Assembly: GCA_030765505.1 (NCBI GenBank)
Contig: JAVCCL010000032.1
Coordinates: forward strand, 34,807-98,806
Origin: Candidatus Kaelpia imicola
GTDB taxonomy: Bacteria; Omnitrophota; Gorgyraeia; Kaelpiales; Kaelpiaceae
DNA length: 64,000 nt
Reading direction: 5' to 3'
The notes below the pieces were generated by a model that saw only the letters and a list, made by a program, of their open reading frames with translations, did no database searches and was not told where the DNA came from. This document shows positions 1 to 11,800 of the stretch, in pieces. Position 1 is the first letter of the stretch. Each line of letters starts with the position of its first letter. Position numbers and translations under genes: made by a program.

Positions 1-164
1 CTTGTCATATAAAGGGTAATAGTGGGTTTGGTTATGACCCTATATTTATACCTAAAGAATATAGCAAAACACTGGCTGAGCTAGGAGTTGATATAAAGAA
101 TAAGATTTCACATAGATATAAGGCGATTAGAGAGGTTTTTAACTTTATAAAGGAGAATTATTAG
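1..164 (+). CDS. rdgB: 3' fragment (5' partial) of non-canonical purine NTP pyrophosphatase (RdgB/HAM1 family)
   Basis: Frame 3 reads ...[42 protein letters not shown]..., the conserved C-terminal GFGYDPxF...SHR motif of Ham1/RdgB. Stop TAG at 162-164. Confidence 0.55.
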   Translation, partial: CHIKGNSGFGYDPIFIPKEYSKTLAELGVDIKNKISHRYKAIREVFNFIKENY

Positions 165-267
165 AATTTTGGGGGCAATTTGCATTTTATGTAGTATGGT
201 ATAAATATTGCACAAATATTGCATAAAATGTTTAAAATGAGTAAATTAAAAAAATTCAGAAATCGAC

Positions 268-296
268 TTGACAGTAGGTTGTATTGTGATATAAAT
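268..296 (+). promoter_or_regulatory. sigma-70-like promoter (TTGACA, 17-bp spacer, ATAAAT) upstream of secreted-protein gene
   Basis: TTGACA at 268-273, spacer gtaggttgtattgtgat, then ATAAAT at 291-296. Sequence pattern only. Confidence 0.4.
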
Positions 297-456
297 GTAG
301 CAGGAGGTGGAAGGGCTTAAAGGTGAGACCATGAAGAGAATAAAGTTTAACAATATGATTTTCTGTATTATCGATGCTCGGGAGGGGCGTTGTCAAGATA
401 GATCAAGAAATTCAAATAAGTATGTGTTTAATTTAGTAAAAAAGGAGGAAGGTAAG

Positions 457-1131
457 ATGAAGAAATTTTTGGCACTGGTAGTTTTGGTGGCATTATGTAC
501 AACGCCTGCTTTTGGCCAAGTGGGTGACGGTTTTGTTGCTCCAGAGATAGCTAGTGATGATGTAGGCTTGGTGGCTTCTACGGCTGCTGCTCCATTTGTT
601 GTAGATTGGGGAACAAAAGCTGCATCTGCTTTCGGCAACGCAACAACATTTAGTGGGGTTATAGGTGGAGCTTTATGTGTAGCAATTAACATACAAGAAT
701 TAGACCCTTCATCTATTGATTTTACAAAAATTGAGATTGATTATGCTACTGGAGTACTTACTGCTTCTCCTGGAGCTCTTCCTACAGGTGTTGATTTAGA
801 TAAGTTAGCAGCAAGTATGAAAAGCTCTGTTAGTATTTCGGAAACATTATTAAGCTGGGATGCTAGCTCAGGTACTACTGTGAAGTTAGATGATAATGGG
901 AGCCCAGTAAATGAAGATGGAAAAGTTATTATTGATGCAGAAGGAAATACAGAAGATCCTACTGGATCAGTATCTACTTATGATTTAGCAAGCTATAAGG
1001 TGCAGTTACAGAAAGTTGAAAATTTTCAAGAAGCTCTTGGGCTAGCACGAACTACTAGTCAGAAAAAGACAGCCATTGCAGATTTAGCCGAAGCTGCTAC
1101 ATTACTTGTAAATATGGATAACGGATTTTAA
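457..1131 (+). CDS. secreted hypothetical protein (signal peptide, Ala/Thr/Gly-rich)
   Basis: ORF in track 307-1131. The internal ATG at 457 is preceded by AAAGGAGGAAGG (RBS) and gives MKKFLALVVLVALCTTPAFGQ, a signal peptide with an AxG-Q cleavage site. A hairpin terminator follows. Confidence 0.6.
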   Translation: MKKFLALVVLVALCTTPAFGQVGDGFVAPEIASDDVGLVASTAAAPFVVDWGTKAASAFGNATTFSGVIGGALCVAINIQELDPSSIDFTKIEIDYATGVLTASPGALPTGVDLDKLAASMKSSVSISETLLSWDASSGTTVKLDDNGSPVNEDGKVIIDAEGNTEDPTGSVSTYDLASYKVQLQKVENFQEALGLARTTSQKKTAIADLAEAATLLVNMDNGF

Positions 1132-1149
1132 ATAAGGTTTTAAATAAAG

Positions 1150-1175
1150 CCTCTCCTTCGGGAGAGGTTTTATTG
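1150..1175 (+). terminator. rho-independent terminator
   Basis: gcCTCTCCttcgGGAGAGGttttatt: GC-rich hairpin followed by a T-run. Confidence 0.6.
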
Positions 1176-1225
1176 GAATTGTTTTTTGAAACTTTTGTAA
1201 AGTTTTTAATTAAGGAGAATATTAA

Positions 1226-4200
1226 ATGAGACAGATTAAAAGGAAAGCAAGTTTTAAAGTGCTTTCAATAATTTTTCTAGAATTTTTTCTCCTATCTCAA
1301 ATAGGCTGGGCTTCAGTTTCACAAGAGATGCTCTCTTCTTATGATCCTGGATTTACAGCTTCTTGTCCAATCAATACGAATAGTTCTTTCTCAATTAATA
1401 TTCCTCTCGAATATGAAGATAGTACTTTCTTTGCTTCTAGCGAGTCGACACTTGAAGAAATAAATGGTTTTACAATAATTCAATCTGATAGTAGTAATAA
1501 TATTCAACTTATAAACCAATATTTTTATGTCGAAATAGTTATTGCAGATAGTGTACCGCCGCTACAAGGAGTTGAGGATATACGTAATTATCTGGAAAAT
1601 CCAGTAGGAGTGCAGGAAATTCTTTTGGAAAGAATTAATGTAGATGAAGAAAAAGATGTTTTTTGTTATAGCTTTAAAGATGTTATTAATTCAGAAAATT
1701 TAGCAATAGAGAGGATTGAATTGGATGAGTCTTCAGGTCAAGTAAGCGTAGAAGGCGGTATAGTAATAGATTATTTAGAGGTTTCATGTGAGCTTGATAA
1801 CGGAGAATTAAACTATCCAGATACAGTAAATTCAATTTCTTCAGTGGAAAATTTTATTCAAATAGTTGGAACTACATATATGGAAGAAAATTATCCAGAG
1901 TTAGCCTCGCAATTGAATTTTTTCATGCATTTTGTTTTAAATAGTTATTTTAATAATGCTACAGGTAGTTGGCCTAAGTCTATTTCATCTCTCGAAGTTA
2001 GTTTTCCAGGTAATGATTACATTATAAGCTATGATAATCAGCATATGTCGATAAATTCTCTGGAAGAAGATTCAACAGATATGGATGTAACTATAAACAG
2101 TGTAGTTGAAATATCTCGAGGTCTCAATCTACCTGCCGAGTATACGCTGTCTTTTAGCAAAGACAGTGAAGCTTTACAGTCATTAAGTCATAAAATAACA
2201 TATTTCCCCGAAAGTGCGTTAGAAAATCCTTGGGAATCAATAGAGATTAGAGATTGCCAGACACAAAAATTGTTGTATAAGGCAGAGAGAGAGTTAAGCG
2301 AAGATGGTTTGCAGATATTGTCTTTTTCTGAAACGCAGTATGATTCTAATGAGGAGATAGTCTCTCAGAGGAAAACAGAGAGATTAGATGATGGTTCAAG
2401 CAGATATGTTCTTGCTGACAAATGGAATAAAATTATAATTTATTATGATGTTACAGAGAAAATAAGAAGAGAAGAGCATTATGTAATGAATCCAGCCGAA
2501 GGTGAATATCAACTAGATTACATGAAAAATGTTTCAGATGTTAATTCTTGGCAGAATGCCTCTGATGAAGTATTTCAACATTACTTTTATATAGTCGGAA
2601 ATGTATGGAGTTTTTCTGATCAAAATCTTGGATTAGGTGATATAACTTTAAGTCAACGCATAGACCAGGTTTTAATTAGTGCAGTAGCGTCTTCTGAAAC
2701 AGGCGAGGGGATTTATTACAACATGCTGGATATTGGTGGATACCATGGTGAATATTCCTCGTCCATATATCAAAGATTATATGAATATAGGGCATGTTTA
2801 ACAAGCGACGGTTCTGATTTAAAAGCATTGTTTGGTCAGGAATTACAGCGATATTTACCTCTTCGTCAAATCGAAACTGCGGATGGTTTAGTAGATGTAT
2901 GGGGGATTGTAGCATTTGAATCTGATAAAATTGATTTAGATAAAGCTAATATAAGAGATGCAATTTTAAATACTTCTTTAGAAAGCAAGGTTATGGATTT
3001 ATATGACATGATAATGGAAGAGAATGGTTCTTGGTTTACTCAATTGACGTCTGAGCAGAAAAGAGATGTATTTAGAAAATTTTTGGAGCCGTTAAAAATA
3101 GATGAAGAAGGTTTAATAAGTGCAGTCTTTGAAAGTGTTGATACTGAATACGAAACTTTTGTTGAAATTTTTGATAGATACTTTATGAAAGAAGTAGATA
3201 TTCCAAAATACGACGAGAGTGATTTTGCAGATAAATTTTTGTATATCCTTGGAGGGGCTAAAAGCTCTGATTCTCTCAACTCTTTCGTGGATACAATATG
3301 TTCTTATCAATCAAACATTCAAGCTTTTCCCGGGGATATTAGAATAGAAGAATTTTATATGGGTAAAGATAATTTTTATAATGACAGAGAATTGGCTTTT
3401 GTTGATGTTTATCAGGAGACAGCAGGAGAAGAGCGTAGATTATTGCAGCGCTGGGCGGGTGCTAATATTTATAAATTTACGGAATGGGATCAAGAAGGGA
3501 GTCCTATAGCTTGCGAGTTAGACGGGGAATTTATTTCTTTTCCTCACGAGGATATATTAAAAGCAGGCTCCCCTGGTGATTGGGAAGAGATGAATCAGGC
3601 GCCTAATAGTTTGTTTCCGATGATTCCCAAGGTTCCAGAGTGGATGTGTCATGGGAAGGTCGGTCTTACTCTTATAAAAAAGAGATATGCTACTGATGGG
3701 CTTAATGTTGCAGCTACCCCTGATTTTGAATCTTTCAGACCTGTTGAATTTGGTGATACATTTAACGAAAGCTATTTTACGCAAGATGAATTTTTGTCTA
3801 GAGATCCAGAGATACTTAAAACATTTTTAAATTTAAATACCGTAACCAGAGGTTTAATTGAAAAGTTTAATATTTCAATTTCAGAATTAGAAGGTAAGCC
3901 ACTCAGTGTTGTTTTTTACGAGATTAATCAAACTATAGCTGATAGATTAGGATTTTCCAATGAGATGAGAGAAGAGCAATTAGAACATCTTAGTGTAGTT
4001 AGGCGTGAATATTATCTTAGAGAAGTGCTTGGTATTACCGAAGAGTCTAAAATCGCTGCCTGTCTCTATGAAAGTAATGAAGTTATTGCTGAGGTCTTTA
4101 GAATGGAATCTATTGGATATAGTGAAGAGCAGATACAAGGTTTTTTGGCGATAGATGAATCTCTTGATGGAATAGCAAGCGAACTGGTTTATATGAGTAG

Positions 4201-5800
4201 GGCAGAGATCGAGGTAAACCTTGCAGAGTTTGGATATAGCTCTGAACAGGTAGATGAATTTTTTGCTATAGAAGATGCATGTCGGTTGGAATCGGAAAGT
4301 GTTTTGCAGCTTCTTAAAGAAGTATATGGAGATGATATTGAACAAATTATGATTACTGCTTTTGAAGATTCTATAAAAGGAACTCCGATGCAAGCATTGA
4401 TAGATAGTGAGGAGTATAGAGAATTTAAAGAAGAGGTTGGATTGATGGGGGTGATAACAAGTGATCCTGAAATAGCTAAAATAGTTTTAAATCGGCTATT
4501 GTTATATTACGATGATTATGAAGATATTGATTTAGATGAATTAATAACAGATTTTAATTCTATTGCAAGTAGAAATTCTGATGTAATAAAAGATTATTTA
4601 GACGTTGTATTAATTGGTACAGAAGATTTCAACGACTGGACCGATAAAGAAATAAGAAGTGCATTATCTTGTGCGTATTTAAAGACAAGAAGAGGGGAAG
4701 AGAGCGCAGACGATGCTTATGAACGGAGAGCAGATTTATTTAGCGCTTGGATGGAAGCAAATAGAGATGTAGGTTATCCTGCTTTTGGAGTAGCTCCGAC
4801 TCAGGATATAATGATTGCTCCTTATTCTGATCGTATGAACTGGGCTCAATTTGCAGGTTGGTCTTTAACGGGTTTAAGTGCTGCTTTTCTTGTTGCTTCG
4901 GGCATAGGTGCAATTTCTGCAGTTACTCTTCCTGTATGGTTAACTCCAATAGTTGCAAATGCAGGTCTTGCGAAAGTTGCTGCTTTTACTGTTGCAGGAA
5001 CATTGTTAACTGGAGTAATGACTGGATCATGGGCGCAAGCCCCATATGGAGGTATTCAGGGTTTTCTTCTAGGGATAACTTATCAAATTTTGCCTAGCGT
5101 TATAAGTGGAACATTAAGATTAGGACGTCCCTTGCTTGCAAAAATACTGGGAAGTACTGTTAGAGCGTCCAATTTCCTTTTGGAATCTGCTAGCCAAAGA
5201 GCGCTTCTAATACCTCTTATAAAGACAGCTACTGGAACAGCTTTTAAAGGACATAAAGTATTGACTTTAGCAGAACGTTTTGGTTGGTTTATTGGTAGTT
5301 ACAAGTTTATTTCTCAGCCTATAGCGGAAGGAGTGGCGAATATTGCTATGAGGAGAAAAGGTTTGGATCCTCAAGATTCTCAGAATCTTTGGATTCATGA
5401 ATTGGCTAATATAGGGGCATTATTAATTATGCCGTTATTTATACCTGGGTCTTGGGCGATGAATACAAGTGTTATATATAGCGGTGGCGAATATCAAGCA
5501 ATCAGACCGTTTACAACAGCTAATAACGTATCTCATTATATTGGAAATTGGACGACGCGGGGCAGTTTTCGTAGCTATGGTAGTTCTCAATTATCGGGGG
5601 CTATTGCTATGCCTTTGGGAGTACAAAGATTGCTTGAAGAATTAGATCAAGATGTAACAGGGATAGAGCTAGGGGTTGCATTAGATAGTTATGGTGTGGA
5701 AAATGAGGAATGGCGAGCAACTTTAAATACCGATTTTGATTCTTGGAAGATGGTATATGAAATTTTATCTGAACTAGGGGTGCTTGAAGATGGAGAATAA
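1226..5800 (+). CDS. giant membrane-anchored acidic protein (1524 aa), N-terminal TM/signal, C-terminal Gly/Ala-rich hydrophobic module
   Basis: Uninterrupted 4.6-kb ORF with RBS AAGGAG 9 nt upstream. N-terminal hydrophobic helix (VLSIIFLEFFLLSQIGWASV), a long D/E-rich region, and a C-terminal ~200-aa Gly/Ala-rich multi-helix hydrophobic segment (GWSLTGLSAAFLVASGIGAISAVTLPVWL...). Its stop overlaps the start of the next giant gene. No recognisable catalytic motif. Confidence 0.75.
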   Translation: MRQIKRKASFKVLSIIFLEFFLLSQIGWASVSQEMLSSYDPGFTASCPINTNSSFSINIPLEYEDSTFFASSESTLEEINGFTIIQSDSSNNIQLINQYFYVEIVIADSVPPLQGVEDIRNYLENPVGVQEILLERINVDEEKDVFCYSFKDVINSENLAIERIELDESSGQVSVEGGIVIDYLEVSCELDNGELNYPDTVNSISSVENFIQIVGTTYMEENYPELASQLNFFMHFVLNSYFNNATGSWPKSISSLEVSFPGNDYIISYDNQHMSINSLEEDSTDMDVTINSVVEISRGLNLPAEYTLSFSKDSEALQSLSHKITYFPESALENPWESIEIRDCQTQKLLYKAERELSEDGLQILSFSETQYDSNEEIVSQRKTERLDDGSSRYVLADKWNKIIIYYDVTEKIRREEHYVMNPAEGEYQLDYMKNVSDVNSWQNASDEVFQHYFYIVGNVWSFSDQNLGLGDITLSQRIDQVLISAVASSETGEGIYYNMLDIGGYHGEYSSSIYQRLYEYRACLTSDGSDLKALFGQELQRYLPLRQIETADGLVDVWGIVAFESDKIDLDKANIRDAILNTSLESKVMDLYDMIMEENGSWFTQLTSEQKRDVFRKFLEPLKIDEEGLISAVFESVDTEYETFVEIFDRYFMKEVDIPKYDESDFADKFLYILGGAKSSDSLNSFVDTICSYQSNIQAFPGDIRIEEFYMGKDNFYNDRELAFVDVYQETAGEERRLLQRWAGANIYKFTEWDQEGSPIACELDGEFISFPHEDILKAGSPGDWEEMNQAPNSLFPMIPKVPEWMCHGKVGLTLIKKRYATDGLNVAATPDFESFRPVEFGDTFNESYFTQDEFLSRDPEILKTFLNLNTVTRGLIEKFNISISELEGKPLSVVFYEINQTIADRLGFSNEMREEQLEHLSVVRREYYLREVLGITEESKIAACLYESNEVIAEVFRMESIGYSEEQIQGFLAIDESLDGIASELVYMSRAEIEVNLAEFGYSSEQVDEFFAIEDACRLESESVLQLLKEVYGDDIEQIMITAFEDSIKGTPMQALIDSEEYREFKEEVGLMGVITSDPEIAKIVLNRLLLYYDDYEDIDLDELITDFNSIASRNSDVIKDYLDVVLIGTEDFNDWTDKEIRSALSCAYLKTRRGEESADDAYERRADLFSAWMEANRDVGYPAFGVAPTQDIMIAPYSDRMNWAQFAGWSLTGLSAAFLVASGIGAISAVTLPVWLTPIVANAGLAKVAAFTVAGTLLTGVMTGSWAQAPYGGIQGFLLGITYQILPSVISGTLRLGRPLLAKILGSTVRASNFLLESASQRALLIPLIKTATGTAFKGHKVLTLAERFGWFIGSYKFISQPIAEGVANIAMRRKGLDPQDSQNLWIHELANIGALLIMPLFIPGSWAMNTSVIYSGGEYQAIRPFTTANNVSHYIGNWTTRGSFRSYGSSQLSGAIAMPLGVQRLLEELDQDVTGIELGVALDSYGVENEEWRATLNTDFDSWKMVYEILSELGVLEDGE

Positions 5801-8800
5801 AGGCCAAAAAAAATATTCTAAAAATAAATACTTTGCAAAAGTATTTAAGGATTGGTCTTTACAAGATTTTATAAAGAAGATAATACTTGTTTTAATTAGT
5901 GAGATATTTCTTGTAACACAGTTATGTTATGGAATAGAAATAACTACCGAACCAGATCAGCTTCCTCCTTTTTTCGGGGATGCTACTGACTTTGCTTTTC
6001 CACTCGATGAAACAAGTCTTTTCCCAGTTAGTCAGACTATTTCAGGTGCACCAAGCCAAGTAGGTACTCTTATATTTGATGCCGGCGATAATCAAATTGT
6101 GCCGGTTAATGTTGAAGAAATAACAGATGGAACATATCAGATTACTCTTCCTTTTGGTTCGGAAGAAGATCCTGTTTTTAACAATTTTCTTGTATCTGGA
6201 TATGAAGTTTATGAAAACGGATGGATACATGCTGATTCCTTGGCTTTAGTAGAAGAGGGTTCTTCATATATAACATATCGCAATTTAGACATGAAACCTG
6301 GTGAGTCTGGAGACGGAGAGAGTAGTGGTTTTATTATCTGGAATGCAGAATTTGAAGTCATTGACGGTACATTCGGGGTTATTGAAGAGGGTGAACTTAC
6401 ACAGTTTAGTTCTTATCAAACAAAGATACTTAAAAAAACAATGTTTAACAGCTATGATCCAGATGGACAAAGATATTTTGAGGGTGACAGAACTGATGAT
6501 GGCGGGCTTATTACAAGCCCTGAAGATTTCAGTGGGATATTTACTGATGATTTCAGGGAAAGCTATTTTAAATATCAGCGTGATTTGCTGAGAGGTCATA
6601 TTGATCCCAGTTTATTTGGTGAAATAGAACCGATTGCGTTTCGGATAAATTATGACGACCAGAAAGATCAGTATGATTTTGAAGCAAATATTAATATTAA
6701 TATTTATTCAATGCTTGCTTATTCTGGTTTTGTTTCTTTTAGTTCTGAATCAAATTTAAATAACATAACCTCTACGGCTATAATAATAAATGAAGAAGTT
6801 GATACAGGATTAGATGAAGAAGCTACTGCAATAATAGATGAAGAAGGAGGGGCAGTTTTAAGCGATGAAATAGAATATTTAAATTTTGGTGCTGGCCTTA
6901 AAGTGGAAGAAAGGTGGGGCATGGTCAATACTTTTACGACGCTTTTAAATAAAAATCTTATTGATGAGGACGGGAACGTTAAAATAAGAGTTAAAGTAGG
7001 TGATGGAACAGAGGGTGTAGAGTTTAGTGTTCCTTTTGTTTACTTGTTAGGAGATGTCCCTCCACCAAAAGAATACTCTCGACCCTCATATAGTGTTATA
7101 GACGATAAATATGACGACCTTACATATTTAATAATGCAGGATATTTGGGATGCGCTTAGATATGACATTATAAGAAAAGAACAAGATATGCAGGAACTAG
7201 ACGATATAATCCATTTACCTGGGTATCTTAAAGACTTAGCTTATTGGCATTTTAGGTATGATGAGACAGGTGATGAGACAGGTGAGGTAAAGAAAGGTTA
7301 TTATCTAGGTGATTTTGGAAGTGTTAGATTTGATGAGAATAGTTCCGAAGTTGTTTTTAATCTTGATTTTACTGAAGAAGAAAAAGAAGCGTGGTTGGGT
7401 TGGGTTTCTCCTGATTTGTATTTTTATGATCGAGACCCGAGTAAATTAACAGCGGCTTTAAATGAATATATTGGAGCAGCATTAGATCTCCCAGAAAAAC
7501 CTCAAGGTGTTATTGCAACGATTGAGCAGGTGCGGGAACAGGCTCTGAATGGAGAATATTATACGATTATTCTTGGCGAAAGATTAGATGATGTTACGAC
7601 TACCTTAGAGAGTTTTACAGTCGATGAGTTATATGAAAATAAAGAGGATTTATATTTTAAAAATCCATTCAGACAGCATGCCTTAAAATATCTACTGGAT
7701 AATGATTTGATAGATACATTAGGAAATGTTGCGGTATCTATTAATATTGACCAGAGTTCTCCTCAAGATGTAGTAGAAATAGTGCTTCCATATCAATACT
7801 TTATTTTATTTGCAGATCCATTACGAGAATCTCTTCCATTAGAATGGAGAGATGATGGAGGATCTCATGACGAAGCTTGTGATGTTTTTTATGATATTCT
7901 AGCAAATGTATCCGGGCGATTAGGTGCTAGAGGGAGAGTAGATATTGATTATGAAAGCAAAAGTTTAATTTATACAGGAAATGAAATAGAGTCTATTATA
8001 TCAACCCCAGAGATGGAACTTGAAATTGGTAGTCTTGTTGTAATATTAGCTGAGAGAGTCACTGTAGATAAAATGAATGATATAGAAATAATTCATAAGC
8101 TTCCAGAAGATGTCGAGTTAGATATGAATGCTATGTTTTTAGACTTAGCTAATGGAATGCTTGACGACCATAGCGTAGAAGAAGATGGTGAACTTGTAGA
8201 AGTTAAAGGACTAAATTCATTGCTTTATGATTTGGATGTTTTAATCGAAGAGGGTGATTGGTCAGAGACAGCTGTAGTAATCGATAAAATATCAGCCATT
8301 AGTCTAGATTTTAAAGAGAAGATGGAGTATATACGGGTCTGTGATTACTACGTTGATCGCTTAACATATATCCATGGAGGGAGTCGGAATGCAAAAATAT
8401 TATGGTGTATAAATATTTCACCCAACTCAGATGGAATAGAAAGCGATATTTATCCATTCATTGAAACACTGCAAAAGTTCTCCCAAGGTAATTGGGCAGA
8501 GGGCATGGAGATCTATAATAACCATGCTCAAGAGTATGACGATAGTCGTCACTTTATAACAGGTTTATTTGGTGAGCTTGATACTGAGATCTCAAGTCAG
8601 ATGAAGAAAGTAGCTGTTCGTGTAGGAATAGCTCGTGCGGCAACCTTTGTCATTTTAAGTATTGCATCTGCAAAACTGGGATTTCTTGCAGGTCGATTCT
8701 TAGGCGCTTGGTCTAAGACCCTTCCATTTATACAGAAGATTCAGGCGTCAACAAGTATCGGTGCACAGATGGCAAAAGGTACTTGGGCAGGATTTAAGGC

Positions 8801-11800
8801 GGTTACCAGGATTTTAGGTGTCTATGTAGATAATGCGACTGAAGCAGCACTAATGTGGCAGTCGTTGCTGCCATTTATGGGTAAAGCCGGTAGGATGCTG
8901 GGGAGTTTAAGTCCGAATTTATTTGGTATGGCGTTACGTTATGGAGTTAACGCTTCTATAGTAGGTACAGGTGCAGCAATGGGTTATCTAAAACCAGGGA
9001 GGAATTTATGGTCTTTCATGAATAATCCTGTTGGATTCTTAATCCCTGCGTCTGAACGTCTAGGTAATTTAGGAGATGTTTTTGAATTTATATCTGTTGC
9101 ATTGGATGGATTTAACTTTGCAAGGACTGGAAGATGGCCTACAAGATCTCCTATGCTAGATTTTTGTCGTAAATATGAGATCCATGTCCCACTTATTACA
9201 CAGATTCAAGAAAAGATAGAAGGCTTTAAAACAGAAGTAGCTTTGCAAAATGTGCTGAATAAATTTAAGACGGCTCGGGCAACTATACATCAGGCAAATA
9301 TAGTTTTTAGCGCAGGACTTTTTGCCGGCTTAGATGTAACTGCTCTAGAAGTGGAATCTTCTTCTACTTCAAGTAGCGTTGAGAGTCAGAGTGAATCAGA
9401 CGAAGAGCCCACTGCACAGTTTGTGTATTTTGCTGATTTAGAGAAGTTTCCGAATGAGGAGAGTTTTCTTGATTATATAAAAGGTTTTAAAGTACGAGTT
9501 AGTGGTGAAGTCAGAAACTTCTGGGATGTGTTATATGAAAAGAATGTTGACCAAAGTAAGACATTAACAGAAGCAGGATTTTTAAAACTTAAATATGAAT
9601 TGATTGGATTAACAGTAGAAGAATTACAAAGATTTCAGGAACTGAAAGGAGACGAAGCCGAAGAATTAATAAGTGCTGGAAATATGCCATTCTTTACTCA
9701 ATTTTACCGTGCTTTATCTGAAAATTTGAATAATCTAACAGATAGGACAGATGTTTCTTTAGCTCAGGCGTTGGCTAAAGTCTATACGGTTATGCACAAT
9801 ACCCTTAGCGTAGGAACAGGCATCCCTTTAAATCTAACATTCCCGCAACTGCTTGCAGCATACTTTGTATGTGAGGGATACAATGTAAGAAAAACTGATA
9901 CAGGTAAAATACGTTCAATTATAGATAAAGTCTTTAATGTATCTACAGGTGAAGGCAAAACCTATATAGAACCTGCAGCTGCAGCAGCGCTTGCATTGAT
10001 GAGGAAAGACGGGGAAAAAGCATTTGATACGGTGCTTATTGCATTCTCTTCTAATATTCTTTGTAAAAGAGATTTCGAGGGTAAAACTGATAACGACAGA
10101 GGTGTTAATATCGATATGCAGGAGTTTTATAGCGCCTTGGGCTTAAGAGTAGCCCATTTAGAGGAACCCCGTGATAATACAGTTAAATCATTTGTAGATT
10201 ACAAACGTAATTTACTAGAAAGGTTGAGAGGGCAGCATAAGCCAGACATTGTTTATGCACCTATTTCAAATATAATATTTCACATTGCTTATAAACTGGC
10301 TGATGAGGATTATTCAGAATTTGATAATTTAGACCGAGTAGCTGTAATTCTTGATGAAGTTGATGCTACTGCCTTAGAACAAGCACAGAGTCCATTTATA
10401 ATAAGCAGGGGTGGCGCAGAAACATACCGCGTTGGTACGCCAGAGGGAGATTTCTTTGAAGCTGTAGGTAGATATATTCGCGGATTGGATTTATTCGGCA
10501 AGTTTGGCTTGTGGGAATCATCACCTGAGGTAGATATTGATGCTTTGAAACAGGAAATCCAAGAATCTAGGGATATTAGCGATGAGGATAGAGAAAATCT
10601 GATAGAAGAATTAAGTGCAGGGAATAGTCCTTTGCAGGTATATCGTGACTGGAAGTTAAAAGTATCGTCTGAGTTAAGAGAGCAGATTCCAGAGATATTA
10701 GCTGACAATATTGCAGATTTAAATTACTCTGGCTTAATTGAGGCGCTGGGATCAGCCGAGAGTATAATACAAAATTATAAAGATAAGTACATTATAGAGT
10801 TTGAAAATGGTGTTCCAAGAGTAATTATTGTAAGTGAATTTAGTCACGAAGCACAGCCAGGTAAAAAATGGCAGAATTGGATACACCAAATGATAGAATC
10901 TTATGTAGAAGGGGTTCCTGTGAGTACGACTAGCTATACTTCAGGTTCAGTTATTATGTATGAAATACTTGCAAAAATGGGTTATGTTGTAGGGCTTTCA
11001 GGCACTGTGGATGTATTTCAAAAAGTTTGGCAAGATCTTCTTAATGCCGCAGTTATGACTTTTCCTGAAGCTTTAAATGATTTAGAGCAGTTTCGAAAGA
11101 CAACTCCTGTATATGGTTATACAAATTATGATCGTAGTCAACAGGATATGATTGGAAGCCTTATAGAGCATGCTATGCACGGCGAATCTGTTGTATTGGC
11201 AACATTAAAATATGAACAGAAGTGTGATGCTGTTTTGACATATTTTAGAGATCAGGGTGCCCAAATAGAAGAAGAAGCTATAGAGGAAACAGAGGGTAAG
11301 ATACGCTATAAGGTAACTTTGTCTACGGGAGATGTTCTGTATGTACAGAAATATGGAGCTCGGGAAGATTTAGACCCAGTGTTAAAAGGTATGATTGAAC
11401 AATTAGCAGGAGAAATGGGATTAATTACAATTGGTTCTCCGATTTTTGGTAGGGGAATTGACATTGATACATCACAAAGAATTTCTGAAGATTCTACTGA
11501 TAATAACGCGATATCTAAAAATGAATTGATTCAGGAAGTACTGGAGAATACATTAAGTGGTCAAGCTGTTGTATTTGCTTCAGAAAAGCATGAGGATGCA
11601 CTGAATGAATTCCTATCTTATTTAGCATTAGATGATATAGAAGCTGAGTCTGTAGAAGGCTTAGAAGGTGCTAGAAAAATTAGAATAGAGTATGAAGGTA
11701 AAGAAGTAGTATTGTTTAGTTACGGCACTAAAGAAGGTGATTTATCCCCAGAGGTAAAAGCAAAAATTCAAGCAGAGATAGACCAAGCTAATGAAATTAA

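Noticed and set aside
1140-1225. Possible sigma-54 (-24/-12) promoter upstream of the giant-gene operon (TTGGAATTGTTTTTTGAAA)
   Set aside because: GG/GC spacing and the conserved TGGCAC/TTGC elements do not fit. No convincing sigma-54 promoter was found by eye in any intergenic region of the window.
3980-4393. Antisense ORFs inside the giant genes (for example 3980-4393 -, 6285-6599 -, 10310-10708 -)
   Set aside because: They sit opposite long, well-supported sense ORFs, have no RBS or motifs, and have the low-complexity composition expected from AT-rich antisense frames.
4858-5097. Cys-rich 79-aa ORF (CCFSCCFGHRCNFC...) overlapping the giant gene in another frame
   Set aside because: It lies entirely inside the Gly/Ala-rich module of the 1226-5800 gene, where GCN/GGN codons read as Cys-rich TGC/TGT in the +1 frame. 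This is a compositional artefact.
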